A DNA stretch of 64,000 nucleotides from Octopus vulgaris (taxonomy: Eukaryota). This document shows positions 1 to 14,977 of the stretch, one piece after another (within the stretch, counting starts at the first letter, position 1; each line of letters opens with the position of its first letter). The notes beneath the pieces were generated by a model. It was not told where the DNA came from. It made no database searches and saw only the letters and a list, made by a program, of their open reading frames with translations. A program made the position numbers and the translations under genes. The DNA is taken from assembly GCA_951406725.2 (NCBI GenBank), contig OX597816.1, forward strand, positions 104,284,001-104,348,000. Direction: 5' to 3'.

Positions 1-1259
1 CCATAATTATGTTATAAACCTTATTGTAAAAGAACTGCAGGAAGTATAGAATATGATTCGAAAATATCGTTTGACGTAGCCAGTTACTGATGATTGAAAT
101 AATCAATAATTTCCTTAATCGTGTGTTGTTTAAATGCATGCATTTTGATCAATGACATTCGTAAGGAGACATCTGTACTAATTTCTGTCAACCAGCATGT
201 ATTTCTTCTGTATACGAACAAACGAGAGGAGGGCTTCTACGTGGTCACTAACGTGCTCGAAACAAAAGCCAAATCCTAGTCATACCACACCTCATGCCTG
301 TAAATAAGTTTAAAGACGTATTAGTTAGTGCAGTCTAAATACAATATATCAGAATATAAAAGAAGCACTGCTCGTGTATGGAACACCTTTGATAATGGAT
401 GAACTCGATCAGTACTTATATGGTATTATAACATTAAGTATATAATTTTTTACGTTGTTGATATAAATTTAAATTTTCTATATCATAAAATTTCTAACCT
501 CGTCATTAATCTTGACTCCCTAGTCAGGTGGTCAGTATATTCATAGCAATTTTTGTAATTTTCTTATTTGAAGATAACATTTTTAACATTTTCCTACACG
601 GACAGTATGTAAAGTAAAGCACGGTATTCTGAGTGGATACTGTCCCAGAGTGCATAAGTTAAAGCTCATGTATAACAGATGCTATAAAACAAATTGCCAA
701 GTTTTCTAAAGAAATTATTTTATATAAAAACAGTAAAAGAGAAGTAAACTTGAAATTGTTGTTTCAATTAAACAAATATACACATATTTCACAGGGTTGA
801 AACTTCCATAAATTTCCACTACAATATGTGGTTTTAGATAAAATACAAAGCGCATTACCGCACAAATATAGAAGCACTACCAATAATCATATTAAGTATA
901 CTGCAACGAGTACTAAACATAAACATTGTATTTTAATTATAGTATCCGTTCTTTTATCATTTATTTGTTTCTCCATTAGTCCATCATTAATCACAAATTT
1001 GGATAAAAGCGATAGTACAACTTACTTTCCGTTACAAAATTTTTAATATCATTGTCGTAATTCTTCACAATAATCAATGCAATTTTTGCTTTCAGCTTTA
1101 AGAAAAATCATTAACGGTTATTAACAATATTGACTACAAATATGTTTCTAAATTTACATAAAACATTGATGAAATATAAATAAATATATAATAAAATATA
1201 TACGAAAACTATATATAATATAAATATATGTAATAACACACACACACAGAGATATATGA

Positions 1260-2270
1260 AATATATCTAGTGATAATCTTTTTAATTGTAATCAGTGTTT
1301 ATCTAAACTAAAGTCGGAAAATTTTCGCGAGATTTGTGAAGCATTTAGGAATTGCTTTAGGTCAGAGTTATGTTAGAGTGTGTTTATAAAGAGATTCAAA
1401 TGGCTTTCTAAATTGTGGCTTAAGATCGCAAATAAAGAGGGGTGCAAATTGTAAGAGAGTTGGGCAAGATTAGTTGCTATAACCTTGGGATCAGTAGAGA
1501 GTTTGGTGGAAACATTAAATTAAAATGGAAGACGGAAGTTTTCATTCAGTGGTGAAAATGACTAGCTTAACTCTAGAGTTGTCAAGAATTTTGGTTCAGA
1601 GTCTGGGAGAGATTTAATTTTCAGAAAACCTGAGGTTATAGAATATATTAAAGAATTGCATGCTAGATAACTTGTGGTACGAAACTGAAGTGAATTACGT
1701 GGTGCTAATTAAAAAAATTCTGTTATGGCATTCGATGTATATTTTAAGAATAATAACTCATACCAGCAATGTTAGTGGCTATTAATGTGCTAGTATGCAA
1801 ATTAGTAGAAGAAGTATGTAATAATAAAGTTAAGAAAGAGAACAAAATTATTCCCAAATTACATAAAATGCATAGTAGAAGATTTAATATTGGGACTGGG
1901 AAGTAGGATATATAAGTAACTGTTTTCTTTATGCAGCATTGATTGTGGTTTGGTCAGCATTTACAAAATTACTACAGAATAATTCATAATAATTTAGGTG
2001 TACGTTTATTTCAGAGCATTAGATCTGGCGAGGAACGTTTCAAAATCTTTAAGTGTTACATTGAAAGTATGCATACGTATGTTTTGTTTCCACATTTTAT
2101 ACGAACTAGGAGGAAAATAAAGTGGATGAAGGGAGATTTATAATAGAAAGATGTAGTATTAGGAAACGGTTTTAAGTGCGCCTTAATGATTAATGATAAA
2201 GGTTTTCTATCCAGGATAACACATAATGGATATAATTGTCGGACTATTAATGGAACTGAAATAACTCACT
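1260..2270 (+). pseudogene. Decayed Penelope-like element reverse transcriptase fragment
   Basis: Broken reading-frame motifs typical of PLE RTs: KELHAR*LVV (~1650), IPKLHK (~1850), and a TY..FSTFYTN variant of DFSTLYT (~2075-2105). Many stops and frameshifts. Adjacent to a hammerhead-bearing terminal repeat. Confidence 0.6.
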
Positions 2271-2364
2271 GGAGTTCAGTTCTATATTTAAGAGATGAGG
2301 AATTGTGTACATTATTTACATTATTTACATTTGACGAATATTTATCCTCATCTTGTTTGTTGTT

Positions 2365-2410
2365 AACACAACGTTTCGGCAGATATACTCTCCAACCTTC
2401 ATCAGATATC
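2365..2410 (-). ncRNA. Minimal type I hammerhead ribozyme motif (degenerate stems)
   Basis: Minus strand reads gatat-CTGATGA-a-ggttg(gagagtatat)ctgcc-GAAA-CGTT-gtgtt. Core is intact, with a palindromic ACGT stem III. Confidence 0.6.
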
Positions 2411-2449
2411 TTGGGGGAAATTTCGACTATGCCATATGTCATATGCCAC

Positions 2450-2670
<221 letters not shown>

Positions 2671-2718
2671 CATCGAAAAATACCTTAGGAATGAGAACCA
2701 GGTTAGAAATTTCCCCAA

Positions 2719-2764
2719 GACACCTGATGAAGGCTGGAGGGTATATCAGCCGAAGCGTTGTGTT
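2719..2764 (+). ncRNA. Minimal type I hammerhead ribozyme motif (GAAA mutated to GAAG)
   Basis: gacac-CTGATGA-a-ggctg(gagggtatat)cagcc-GAAG-CGTT-gtgtt. Stem I is gacac/gtgtt and stem II is a perfect ggctg/cagcc. Confidence 0.6.
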
Positions 2765-3532
2765 AACAACAAACAAGATGAGGATCAATATCCTTCAAAT
2801 GTAAATAATGTAAATAATGCTCATTTGAATTATTATTAATATCACGTGTGATACATTTTCATACAAGGATTTTCAGCAAATTAAAGGAATCCACATAGAC
2901 GATTATTGTGGCACCATAGTACGGCTGAATTTTCTGATGTCGGAAAATAAGTCGGGTTTGATTAAACATCTTGGATATTGCAGCAGGTACATGAACGATA
3001 TTTTCTTTCCCAGTCGCAGTTTTAAAAATTTTTTAGTAGAAGTTCTTAGCATCAAAGCCAATAAGTTTTTACCAAAAGCATAAATAATCTCGTTGATCGA
3101 TAGCAGAAATGCATAGATGCTCACGGCTCATACTTTGACTAATTAAAACATTTCTATTGTTAATTTTTCCAGAAAAACATTATATTTCAGAAATCGGTCA
3201 TTATATTCGGAACAACCTAATAGTATGTAGTTATGTTTGGTTACTAATAAGTGTTTTACCACATTGCTACGTTAGCTATGGTAGTATCTTAACGGTTTCG
3301 GAGTATACACCTCCCCTTGTATTTATCGCTACCTTTAAATCTAGTACGGTTGAAATAGGCTCTAGAGACGAAAAGTTGATCATTGAGTTGGCCTGGCAGT
3401 TACAAACAACTCTCTTACTAGCTATTTATGTAATTAAGCTTCGTGATCATTTTTATGGTGTTTCTAATTGACCTTATTTTATTTAATTCAAGTTACCTAT
3501 CCTTATGACATACGACTCATATAGCATTTGAA

Positions 3533-3835
3533 CGCGCGTGGCTTCGTGGTTAAGTATTCGGCTCACGATTGTAAGGTCGTGAGATCAATTTCCGACAACA
3601 CGTTGTGTCCTTGAGCTAGACACTTTATTCCACTTTGTTCCAGTCCACTCAGTTGACAGTACCTGTATTTCAAAGAGCCAGACCTGTAACATTCTATGTG
3701 AAGCTGAATCCTCCTGAGAACTACGTTAAGAGTACTCGTGTCTGTGAAGTGCTCAGTCGCTTGCACATTAATTTCATGAGCAGGTTGTTCAGTTTGATCG
3801 GATCAACTCGTTGTCGTCGTCGTAACTGACGGAGT
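3533..3835 (+). mobile_element. tRNA-derived SINE with CORE/V/Meta-like central domain
   Basis: A-box gtggcttcgtggtt, degenerate B-box gagatcaatttcc, and central tgtgtccttgagctagacacttt. Confidence 0.75.
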
Positions 3836-4929
3836 TATATGCCATAGTTCATGTCTGTTTATTTCTTTTGTTTAATTTCATTTATGACGTGTAGCATAGT
3901 GTATGATTCACCGGTAACTTCTTTTATCGTGGTGAGATTTACGTTTAACATATATTAGCCAGTTGGTGTAATTATGGTTCCTTATTTTTCGCTACGCTGA
4001 AGTAATTTAATTGGTTTGTTGTTTAATTACCACAAGTGTAATGCGCTTTTCGTTTTATTCATTTCCACCTTAGTAATCATTAATTCATAGGTTAAGTAAG
4101 CAATATTCCGTTTATTCCTTTCTTTCAACTGTGTTTGTTAAGCACTAGTTTAATGTTTGTCCATTGATTTCAATTATCGGATTGAATTGAGTTTCAGGCA
4201 GATTCTGTAAGTTGAATGTTTTTATTTTTCGTTGTTGGTTTTGAAAAGTGCATTTGTGATGTGTCATGGATTCTGGTCTATTAATTTATGTGTGCATGAC
4301 ATTTTTTTTTATATCTTATATTTCCAGAATAACATTAAAACCTTTTTTGGTACTGTGAATACCGCTGCATTGAGAAGTACTACTTGAGGTCAAAATTATA
4401 GTGATTTCCGTTGGAGGAGCTGATGGCTGTTCTTCAATGATCACTTAAGTGTAAATTGTTGCTATTGTGGTCGTCAATATGTCTCCGTTTTGGTTCGGTA
4501 TTGAGTATGTTCTTCAACATTATTAAATCTCTAATTTGTTGTCCTAGCTGGTTTAAGGTTCTCTTATTGCCCGATATGGGATTGGGTTTTGTTTCTTGCT
4601 TCTACTGTAGCATTAACTTATGGTAAGAATTTTTAGGGTTTTATATCTAATTGAATTCAGATGGAAGTTTTCACTTGGTTATTAGCAACAGTGTATCAGG
4701 ACATTAATGACATTAGAATTGTTGTATTAGATATTAGATAGTAAATACATTACGGTGTATTGAGAGATATATATGTAAGAATATATCTAATAACAAGTAT
4801 ATCGAATAAATATAATTGAACGAATAGCATGGTACTGTAGGCTGTAGGTAATGAGTCCTCTGCACATGCAAGCTCCAACAAAACCTATGATAAAGAGAGA
4901 GCAGCAACAACAACAACAACAACAACCAC

Positions 4930-5005
<76 letters not shown>

Positions 5006-5007
<2 letters not shown>

Positions 5008-5132
5008 CCTACGCAGAACACTTTCCATACAATAACCATCAGAGCATCACAACAAATCACAGCACATACCCAAGGCACACAGAGCTGCGCTAGGTAGTGA
5101 AGTGAAAGCACGCTATAAAAATAAAACTACTG
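5006..5132 (+). mobile_element. Short 3' end of an R4/Dong-type LINE inserted in (AAT)n
   Basis: Near-identical to 53782-53914 (last codons LRRTLSIQ plus 3' UTR ending actactg). (AAT)n on both sides. Confidence 0.9.
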
Positions 5133-5149
5133 AATAATAATAATAATAA

Positions 5150-5745
5150 TGCTGAGCGTCTGTGTCACGCTGGTGCAACAGTGTGGTACATTGTTATTGA
5201 ATGCCCGAAATTGGCACAATGTGAATGCAATAGGTGATGCATCAATGTAGCAAGAATGATCCATTAGGAGCATTGTGGAAATTATGGCATATATAGATCA
5301 AATTGTAACCATCAGGTTAAACATCAGAAATTGATGTCGTTGTCGTGAACTGGAAAAACAAAAAAATGCCTGATAATTGATATAACGTTCTGGTGACAAC
5401 AGAATCGAAGAGAAAGAAGATGAAAAAGAGAACAACTATGGTGAATTGAGAAATATGCAAATTGTGGGTAATGTAGAAAGTCAATGTTATAGCAATAGTG
5501 ATTGGTGCACTTGGAAGCATCAGTCCCTTATTATCAACATGACTTAAAAGGACTGCAATGAATGTAAAGTTAAAATTCTCACAAAAATCATCATGTCTTG
5601 GAACTGCAAGAGTCCTCCGTAGGGTCCTTGAAACATAATCAATAAACAAGTGTCACTTTAGTCTGGTGGCTATGGACAGCTGACACTTACTATCATACCC
5701 AGCAAAAATAAAACTGAAATTTTTCATGATATAACAACAGTAATA
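5150..5745 (+). mobile_element. Decayed 3' part of a second R4/Dong-like RLE LINE family
   Basis: Broken CLIIDI, VIGALG and LGTARVLRRVLET motifs. The 3' UTR resembles the reverse complement of 62395-62450. Confidence 0.75.
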
Positions 5746-8039
5746 ATGATGATGATAAAGATAATGACAGCAACGATGATGATGATGATGATGATGATGA
5801 TGATAATGATGATGATAATGGTGATGATAACGATGATGATAAACGTGTATATATATCTAAAATGCATATGTGTATGTGTGTGTGTGTGTGTGTGTGTGAG
5901 TGCATGTTTGTGTAAAGTAGCAGAGACGGTCAAGTTAGAGGAAAAACAAAAAAAGTCATCACACTGGGACATACAGAAATGTGATCGCTTCATCAGTTGT
6001 CAACTGGAAATCCAAAAAAATGTTATCGGTATTGTTCATTTCACAGTAACAAGGGGGAAAACGAGTGCGCACGAAAAACGAACAAAGACAAGGAAAAAAT
6101 TAGTATCCAGATTCGTTGGAAACCGATAAATACAAAATGAAGCGAGAATGCACAAGCTCTTTCATTTAAAATATAATTATAAGGCAAGGTGTAAGATGTG
6201 CAGGAAATGTACAGGCAATGTCGAAACGAACAGTGAAATTTCAGTATGTGTGCTCTTACGACTTAGCAATAAATTTAAGACGGAAAATACAGAACACTAT
6301 AAAACTATCAAGTAGGTAATAATATAAATGATCTTCCGACCTTTAAGGTACATAAAGTGATGCAGAGGAAAAGTAGAATGGCTTACTGTCTTAATAAACA
6401 GGGAGAGATGAAAAAAGACATCTAGTAGCTGAGAGAGCAGGCTTACTAAAGGAAAAGGAGGAAAGTAAAATGTCTTATGGGAAGATGTAGAAGATTGTGA
6501 CAGGCCAGTGATGATAGAAAGAGGGTGACAAAAAGAAAGAAGAGGAAAATTCAGGAACTGAACAAAACTGATGGTAGGACAGAAAGAGATAAAGAGAGGT
6601 GGCGGGAAGTGCTATATCTCCGAGAAAGAAAATGGAGAGAAGGTAATAGAAAATGGAGAAGAGACAGCAACAGAAATAAAAAAGGGCTATAGGTGAGGAA
6701 AACAGAGAGAGGGTAACAAAAATAGAGAGCACGATGGGAGTTAACAGAGAGAAATGCGCTGTAGTTCAGACAAATCGGAGAAAAGATAATTGGAACTTGA
6801 TAAGGTGATAGATAGCAACAGAGAGAAAGGCTTATAGCTGAGAAAAACAAAATGGAGAATGATTGAGGTTTCGTATAAAATCATTGCTACACTTTTGTGT
6901 CAACTCTAAAAGTAACTCGCCCTCAATGACTCAGTCTCACCTATAGTAAATCTGTAACATATGCTGTAAGTGCATTACACAGAGAAATGTAATGGTAGCG
7001 TTGCACAGCCGGTAGTATTTCATTGAGAAATACTGCTGAATTCACACTTTACCAAAGATTAATTAGATAAATAAGTGCAAAGTGGATGTGAATCTTCTCG
7101 AAAATGAATAGAAGATCAAATTTCATTTCTTGTATGAAACAGATTTATCTCCCTTGCGCCGCTGATTTCTAACAAAAACCAAGAATGCGGCGTCACTCAT
7201 TTAGCTTCATCGAAAATGGTAAATATTTTTGCTTCATCAAATATTATCTGCCGTTGTTGTATCCTAACACACTTCAAAATTTGCATGAGAAGCGATTGCA
7301 TGCATATCATCATCATTATCGTTGTCTCCGCCACCAGCGATAACGTTGTCGTCATCATTGATATTATTATTATTATTTCTTTCTAGCATATAAATAGAAA
7401 TATTTGTTTCCAGGATCTCATAAAGTTAATCATTTCGAAAACCTTTTGCAATATGAATCAAAAAATTAGCCACTAGAATACTTATTTAATAAGTTAGAAA
7501 ATATACTGCAATTAAACATTTCCAGCATAGAAGAGACACAATAAAAACAAAATGAAAACAATTAAAATCTTTTAGAAATCAATAATGATAAATATTATCA
7601 TATCATGCGCGTAACGAAAATTAAAATTTTGCCAGATATGTCAGGTAAAAACAAACACAAAAATAATGTATAACTGAAATAATAATAAAGAAGTAAAGAA
7701 GTTATGGTTTCTTGATCGGACTCTGTGTTTTTAGAAAATCGTTTCTTTTTAAATTAGAGATAAATGAGAAAAGATTCGGAGATCAATATCATATTAAACG
7801 CGTCAGTTGTTATCTTCAGTAAATCAAGGGATTTTCCACCGAAATTGCATTTATAATACCACTGAATTGGAGGGAGGAGAAGAAAGAGAACAAAATATAA
7901 GCCAAGAGAAGAAACAAAACAGCTTGCTGGAAATGTGATAAAGAGGCACATAATGATATCGTTAAATAATAGAGAGCCATGCTGGATACAACATCAAGCC
8001 CAGAGTTGGCTAAGAGTTAATGATGTGTAATAGACTATT

Positions 8040-8290
8040 CTCATGTGTGTATGTATGTATAGATGGTTGGATGTAAGTTTGTACGTATGTATTATTCTGT
8101 ATGTATGTGTTTGTATGAATGTCCACTATGTATGCATGTATGCATGTATGTAAGTATGCATGCATTATGTATGTAAATGATAGATATTTTGAGCAACAAT
8201 TTGGGATGTATGTATGCATATATATACATATGTAAATATATGTATATATATATATATATATATGTATAAATATATATATATATGTATATA

Positions 8291-8338
<48 letters not shown>

Positions 8339-8510
8339 TGGATGGTGCATTTATGTATGTATGTAGATGTGTGTTGATGTGTACGTATACTCATAATTTT
8401 CCGCTTGTAGATATATGCATTCATATTTAAACATATCTACACATACTGACAAAGGAATACACATGCACACGTGTACATGTGTGCACATACATGCTTACAC
8501 ACATACTCAC
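8040..8510. repeat. Compound (TATG)n/(TA)n/(CA)n microsatellite region
   Basis: Seen directly. Confidence 0.9.
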
Positions 8511-9149
8511 TCATATTTACACAGCGATACAATGCATAATAAACATTCTATATTTGTGAAATGTGAAAGAATCTCAGTAAGAGGCTGACAATGAATTTTC
8601 TCGAAGACAAAATTTTTTATGTGCACACTGGCATACGAAAGATTGAGAGTCATAGGAAAATAATCCTATAATCCTCCTTGAAAACAGGCACTATTCGAAC
8701 GAAAATAATGGATGAAATTCTAAACGAAGTCATGTATCCAAGTCAAAATAGAAAATAAATGGGAAAACTCTGTTACTGAGACGCAATAGCCGAACTAGTT
8801 TCAATGATTAGAACGAAGGAATATCAGCAACAATGCGCCACTTGGTATGAGGGCATTGGAAGTGTGATTAGTAGCTTTAAATTTCAACAGAGATATTCCT
8901 AGTTATGAAGATATAAAGTCTTTATGCAATACAAAAACTCTAATATCGTTAGTTCTTTAGTTCTGTGGTTTCTGGTCAAGACGAGGCAGCGACCTATGCA
9001 CTATACTGTGTTGTATTTAATGAATGTATTTCCGTGTTTCCATTGTTTGACTTTTGTATTTTCATAGTTAGAAACTAAATGTAACCTGCTAAATGTGTCT
9101 GGAGTCTGGATAGGAAACGTATTATAAAGCCTGTTGTTGCTTAAAATAG

Positions 9150-10080
9150 AAGTGTGCGAGTAAGTTGTCTTTCACATCGTCTACTTTTAATAGATTTGTT
9201 TCTTATTTTGACCGGTTCATTAAAACGAATAATTTTCAACGCATGTCGTCGAATGTGGCAAAATATTTAAATTGATCATAATATTGGACGATAAATAGTA
9301 TTTAGAATTATGATGTCTATTTTCTACGTTTGTTTTAATATTGTTCAAGTAACCAGGAATATTTTCTATAGGGACGAGTAATTTATCAGATGTTAAACAA
9401 TTTCTCCATTGATCACAAGCTCATTTAGACTCCATTCTAGCACATTTGCATGGTGAATGGACAGATTGTGGAAGGATAGCCGTAGGATACAAACTGAGAT
9501 CATAGTCTACCCTTGGGTCTAATATCTTTAGTTCAGCGATAATTTCATTTCCACAGAAAAGAAACTTTTCTCCTATTTGAAAACAAATTTCCTTTGAGAA
9601 TTTCAAGCAGTCATAAACGTTTTAAACCTGATTTTATCATCAAAAGGTTCACTAATTAAATGTGCTGTTGTCTTTCTTCCAAGATAAACATCATTAATGT
9701 TTTTGTAATTGCTTTTATTGCTTGGATCAATTATTGATAATTTAATGCTCTATATGAATTCATTTTTAATAACGGAACTCAAGAGATTGTTTATACTTTA
9801 ATGTTGTCAGAAGATATAACCTGAAATGCATACAGTCCTACATCCAGTAAAATGACCTCCTGCAACACGTACTGAAGATAAAGTAGAAAAACCTGGTCTT
9901 GTCATTGCTTAATATCTTGACACTATCCATGTTGTCAACTTCCGATTCACTTAGGATGGTGATGTAAAGCAATAAATTGTTCCAATTACTGTAACAATTG
10001 CTCCACATGAAAGTCACCGTGTTCTTTACAAGTTTACTATTTTGCTACAAGTTGTTATAATATTTTTCTTCAGCTACGAA
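9150..10080 (-). pseudogene. Decayed hAT-superfamily transposase (C-terminal part)
   Basis: Minus strand ILPHSTTCVE (~9235-9264) resembles the hAT dimerisation motif LPHSSAxVERxFS. ORF 9421-9606 has QIGEKFLF...LKILDP. Confidence 0.55.
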
Positions 10081-10084
10081 TATC

Positions 10085-10630
10085 CTTTTGGTCAGCTGAA
10101 AGCAGTTTGAGCACAAACTTGGCAGACACATGTCTCATATCCATATGTTCTGTGATAATGGACTGAACTGAGCCGTAACTAGAAGTATACCCTCTGCATA
10201 CCCTCTGATAACTCACAGATGGTGACTCGATGATTTTCCCTCATAGCTGCATTCATATCCGCAATATTTTTATCAGTTTTGCTGGTTGCGAGTCTCCGCG
10301 AAGATTCGTCAATATCAACATTTTTTCGGCCACCTTGGAAACGTCTGAACCACTCGTACACTTGTATGCGACTCATACACTCCTCTCTATACACTTTCTG
10401 CAACTTTGCGTAGGTCTCTGTGAAGGTATCGCCATGACAACTTTCTCTGTCATGGTCAATTCGACGATCACACCTTACGCATCTTCCTTCCAGAAGTGAG
10501 CTAGAACGTTAAAACATTGCGCATGCACAGCACAATTCAAAGTCAATCTGTTCAAAGCGACTCTACTCTCCATGCTTTAGATTCATTACTATGGCAACAG
10601 TCCGGATACCTATTGACCAAACCTTGTATA
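10085..10630 (-). mobile_element. Mariner transposon 5' fragment (HTH region plus terminal repeat)
   Basis: ORF 10179-10403 MQKVYREECMSRIQVYEWFRRFQGGRKNVDIDESSRR matches the mariner N-terminal HTH. Terminus TA-CAAGGTTTGGTCAATAG abuts a TA tract. Confidence 0.85.
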
Positions 10631-13091
10631 TTTATATATATATATATGTATGTATGTATATTATGTATGTATGTATTTGTATATGCATACAGACAGACAC
10701 ATAGATAAATGAATTGTTTGGTACATAAACAAATATATAGAAATTGATATTTTGTTTTAATATCCAATAATTTTATGTTTTTAAATACACTTAGAAAAGT
10801 ACTAATTGGCTATACGAATAAATGTCTTTCAAGAATCAAATTTCATTTAATTCACTTTCGCTCACATGCAAGTGTTTTATTATATTGAAAACTTACTAAG
10901 AGAAAATAGATATACAAATAAGAATGAATTCTTTTTCATATAGGATATGAGTTATTTTCAAGAATTCTTTTTATTTTATGTCTGTAAAAGAAAATCCCTA
11001 TTATAAACTATCTTAGAAATATAAACCCAGAAACGCAGATGGATAAAAAAAATCTCAAATCTGAAGGAAGACCTCAACATTGACAACACCTTCGGCGACC
11101 ATCCTGATAATAAGGAAAAGATGGAGGACATAAAACAATAAATGAAAAAGATCTCTAACCAATTTTCAACACAATGGTAGAGCAAAATCTAAGAACTATT
11201 TAATCAAGTTTACGTCTTCCTTAAATATATAGCAAAATAACGATGACAAACTTATCAGCTGTTATTGCATTCACACACTCACCTGCCAAAAAAAGCAGTT
11301 GAGTTGATAGAATGTTACAACGGTGGAAAAAGTGCTTTACGATATTTTCCCCTGCTTCTTTACATTGTGTTCAAAACCTGCCAAGGTCGATATGCATTTA
11401 ATCTTTTGGGGTCATTCAAATACAGTATCAATCAAGTACTAGTTTCGATGGTATCGACAAACAACAACCCTTTTTGGCCTTATATTTAAATCAGAAACAA
11501 TACATAGGAAGATAACAGTGGAGAGAATGAGAGAAGTACATTCCTCTTGTGATTTTGACTGAAATCTGGAAGAGATTATCAAGAATGATGTGATCTCACC
11601 CTTAGCATTGGCATTAAAATTATTTCTGTAACCGTGGAATTCTTTGGCCCGAACTTACTGTTTCCCTTGGTACTTAACTTTCGATTCCTTCTTATACTGT
11701 TATTTTCCATCCATTATCTCTTTTCCTAATCGATTCAGAATAAACCTTCACCCTATTTTTTAAATTTATCTTTATAATACCTCGTCAACTGTCACCCATG
11801 TGTAAATAAAAATATGTAAATATAATTGGTCTCTTCTGATGATAAAAACGGTTGCGTAACCGAGGAAACCCTGCTCATAAAATTTCCGGCCTTATGCTAG
11901 TGTTTTAAAGATATTATTAATTGTCAGAAGAGCTTATTGATACCAGAATGGTACCATTATAAACAAAATTCCATTTAGCATTTAGTTACTATTTTTATGT
12001 CACGCGTCATCGATTGCAGATTTACTATAGTTCTTTCTTATATATATGAACAGGGCCTGACATATTGCAGAATGACGCTAGTCGTAATCGACTTGCTGCC
12101 CCCCGGAAAATTTGTAACAAAATTTCATTTATAAATATGAATTTTTCATTTAAACATTCTCCTACACTGCTCAACAGATACTTATTTCCGCAACCCCGAA
12201 AGGATGAAAGACAAAATCGACATCAGCGGCATCAGAGTTTTTATAATGAACGATAATCAAGAATGGAGTTGATTTAATCAGTTGTGCTTCTCCTCTTAAT
12301 TCGAGGTTTCATACAACTGTTAAAAATCATAGAAATCAAAATCTAGTATTATATTCAGAATTTTGTTCTTCTAGTTAATTGGTTATTTATCACCAAGACG
12401 AGCGCTAATGCTGCATGTTCCTTCCCGCATTTAAATTGAAGCTAGTGTTGTTTAGCTTGACATTTAAATACCCGAGTATGAAATATTTCTCAATCCTCTA
12501 CGAGAGACATGATATACTTACGAAATAAACATGATAAACCTAAACATGATAATTGGCCATTATAGAAATGTAATATACTCATGTTGTAATACCCTTAAAA
12601 CTCAAAAATTATCTAAAATTTTTATGTCATTAAAATACTCATAAATAATAATGGATAATAATATAGGAAAGGTTTAAATGTTAAATTCATATTTATTAAT
12701 GAAATTTTATGCTACAAATTCAGTTTGATAATATCAATTTTTATGTTTGTTAAATATATCTTTATAAGCATGACATGATATCCAGATAAAGATTAAACTT
12801 TTATGAATAAGCGGTAAAACATTCAATTCTAATCTACAATGGAATAAGTTTTTCTAAGATACATACTATGCGTTACTACAGAATAACGTTATACATGTAT
12901 CATACTGATACTCATTCAAATAGCACGAATTACATTCATTTATTACTGAAACAGTAAAATTTTCTACCATCCACACACTAGCACAGTACTTAGAAATCCC
13001 TGTGTGTGTGTGTAATATATATGTATATTACATATACATATTCATATACTTACATAATATATATGCATATATATGTAGAGAGACACGTATT

Positions 13092-13320
13092 GTGAAGGTG
13101 CATAACTCAGTGATTAGAGCGTCGGATTAGAAATGAGTTGCGTGCGACGTCACTGGTGTCAAGCTGTATCGACCTCTTCCATTCCCTTGGAAAACATCGT
13201 GGAGAGGGGAGGCTGTTATGCATGGGCGACTGTTGGTCTTAACAACCTTGCCCGGACTTGGAGGGGAACTTTCTACATGCAATCCCATGGTCATTCATGA
13301 CCAACGGGTGACTTTACGCT
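13092..13320 (+). mobile_element. Internally deleted tRNA-derived SINE
   Basis: Head gtgcataactcagtgattagagcgtcgg followed by a GC-richer body, in a TA context. Confidence 0.55.
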
Positions 13321-14506
13321 TTATATATACGTATATTTAATTTATTTATAGATAGATATATAACAACCTAAACTTCTACACAGAGATACATATATCATTT
13401 GTGAAGTTATCCTCGCATTCATAAACAATAAGCTACTTCATGAATTTGTGCGCATTATATATTCTAATGTTGATATTACGTATCTTATATATTCTAGTGC
13501 CGATTTCGAGCCTTTTAATTATGTTAAAAGAATTGTCATTTGTGTTGATTAAGATGCTATGCTGCTCTAATATTTATTCAATCGCGAGAAAACAAAACAT
13601 ATTCCTTGTTGACACGAAATGTAGTCATATACAGAGTTGCATTTGGTCATAGCTAATAGCTACCAGCCTACCCATGTGCAATAATAATTCCTCTAATGAT
13701 TTGCTACTTGACATTTATTCAATCTGGTATTTACTATGAACTTACGCAACAAAAATCGCCTACTACTCTTCACTTCAAATACTTATGTGGCACTGCTGCC
13801 ATATATATGGAGATGCTTGAGGATTATTTAAATAATTACAAAGAATACAGAGATTACTAAAGATTATGTTAGTCTTTTCCCCTTCCACCCCTCTCTTAAT
13901 CTTTTTGGTTTCGAAACAGTATTTCTAATAACCTGGTTACCAATATTGTTTAGCCTTATTAGCTATGATCATAGACATTCCATCCGTGAACAAAGCAGAA
14001 TTTATTTTGGAATATATTTCTCAGTGCATTATTTATTTTCAAAGACGCTGCGGTTTCATTTAACGGAAATTTGACTGCAGATTGACGAACAAAATATAGC
14101 TTATCTTGTTAACTTAACAATAAATACTTGGTTCCATGTTTGATACCATTCCTCGGTACCTTGGTAAGCTTCTTCCATTAGAAAGACAAAACCAGGAATT
14201 AGATAAAAAATAGTAAGAGCTGCATCGGGAACATCATAAAATCAAAATTGTAAATAACTAATTTTGGTTACCTCGAGGAGTAAAACGTGTGACGTTTCGA
14301 AAACTGATTCTCAAAAGCGGTTTCCTTTATTCATCAGATCATGCAAACTTCCTGATACCTACAAGCTCTTTCTTCATTGCTTTATGTCGATTAAAGCATT
14401 TGAGCAAAATTCAGAAACTGTACTGAATCTCATCAAATCCTACTTCTAACAACTCGCAGAGTCCCCTTATATGTGTGTGTGTGTGTGTGCATGTGTGTGT
14501 GTGTGC

Positions 14507-14538
<32 letters not shown>

Positions 14539-14539
14539 T

Positions 14540-14925
14540 TTTGATGTGACCTTACAAACACATTCCCAACTTTTAAGTCACTTTAAAAATAAAACCCCTC
14601 GATTCAATAACACCGTTTACAAACTCTGTGCTTGGAATGGCCAATTTTGAATACTATTGGAACGTAATCACAAGGTACATGAATCTTATATGTATACCAT
14701 TCTGCCTAAATAATGGAACTGAAGATACGCTATCCCTGCATATCTCACGTCTATTTTCATTCCTCCACTTCACTCTCTATTCCATATCTTATCTAGAATA
14801 ACTATTGCTTAACCATCTTCTCACAACGTCTCCGATGAATGGATATATAGAATATCCCTGAAACAGCTATAAGACCTTTTATTTATAAATGTTCTGAAAT
14901 CTTTCACAGCCTTGGATTTTTATCT
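14540..14925 (+). mobile_element. Penelope-like 3' terminal fragment with hammerhead motif at 14828-14875
   Basis: gtct-CCGATGA-at-ggatat(ataga)atatcc-ct-GAAA-CAGCTA-TA-agac. Stem I is gtct/agac. One core mutation (CTGA to CCGA). Confidence 0.55.
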
Positions 14926-14945
14926 CATTCTGTTAATTTATATAC

Positions 14946-14977
<32 letters not shown>

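Noticed and set aside
3840-4740. Possible minus-strand PLE GIY-YIG remnant
   Set aside because: Only vague motif echoes, not enough to call.
6400-6870. Purine-rich block giving hydrophobic minus-strand ORFs (also 41990-42300)
   Set aside because: Degenerate GA-rich low complexity, not membrane-protein coding.
8580-9000. Possible piggyBac transposase relic (ADNEFS, TGTIR), and similar hints at 46940-47070
   Set aside because: The motifs are too short and degenerate to support a call.
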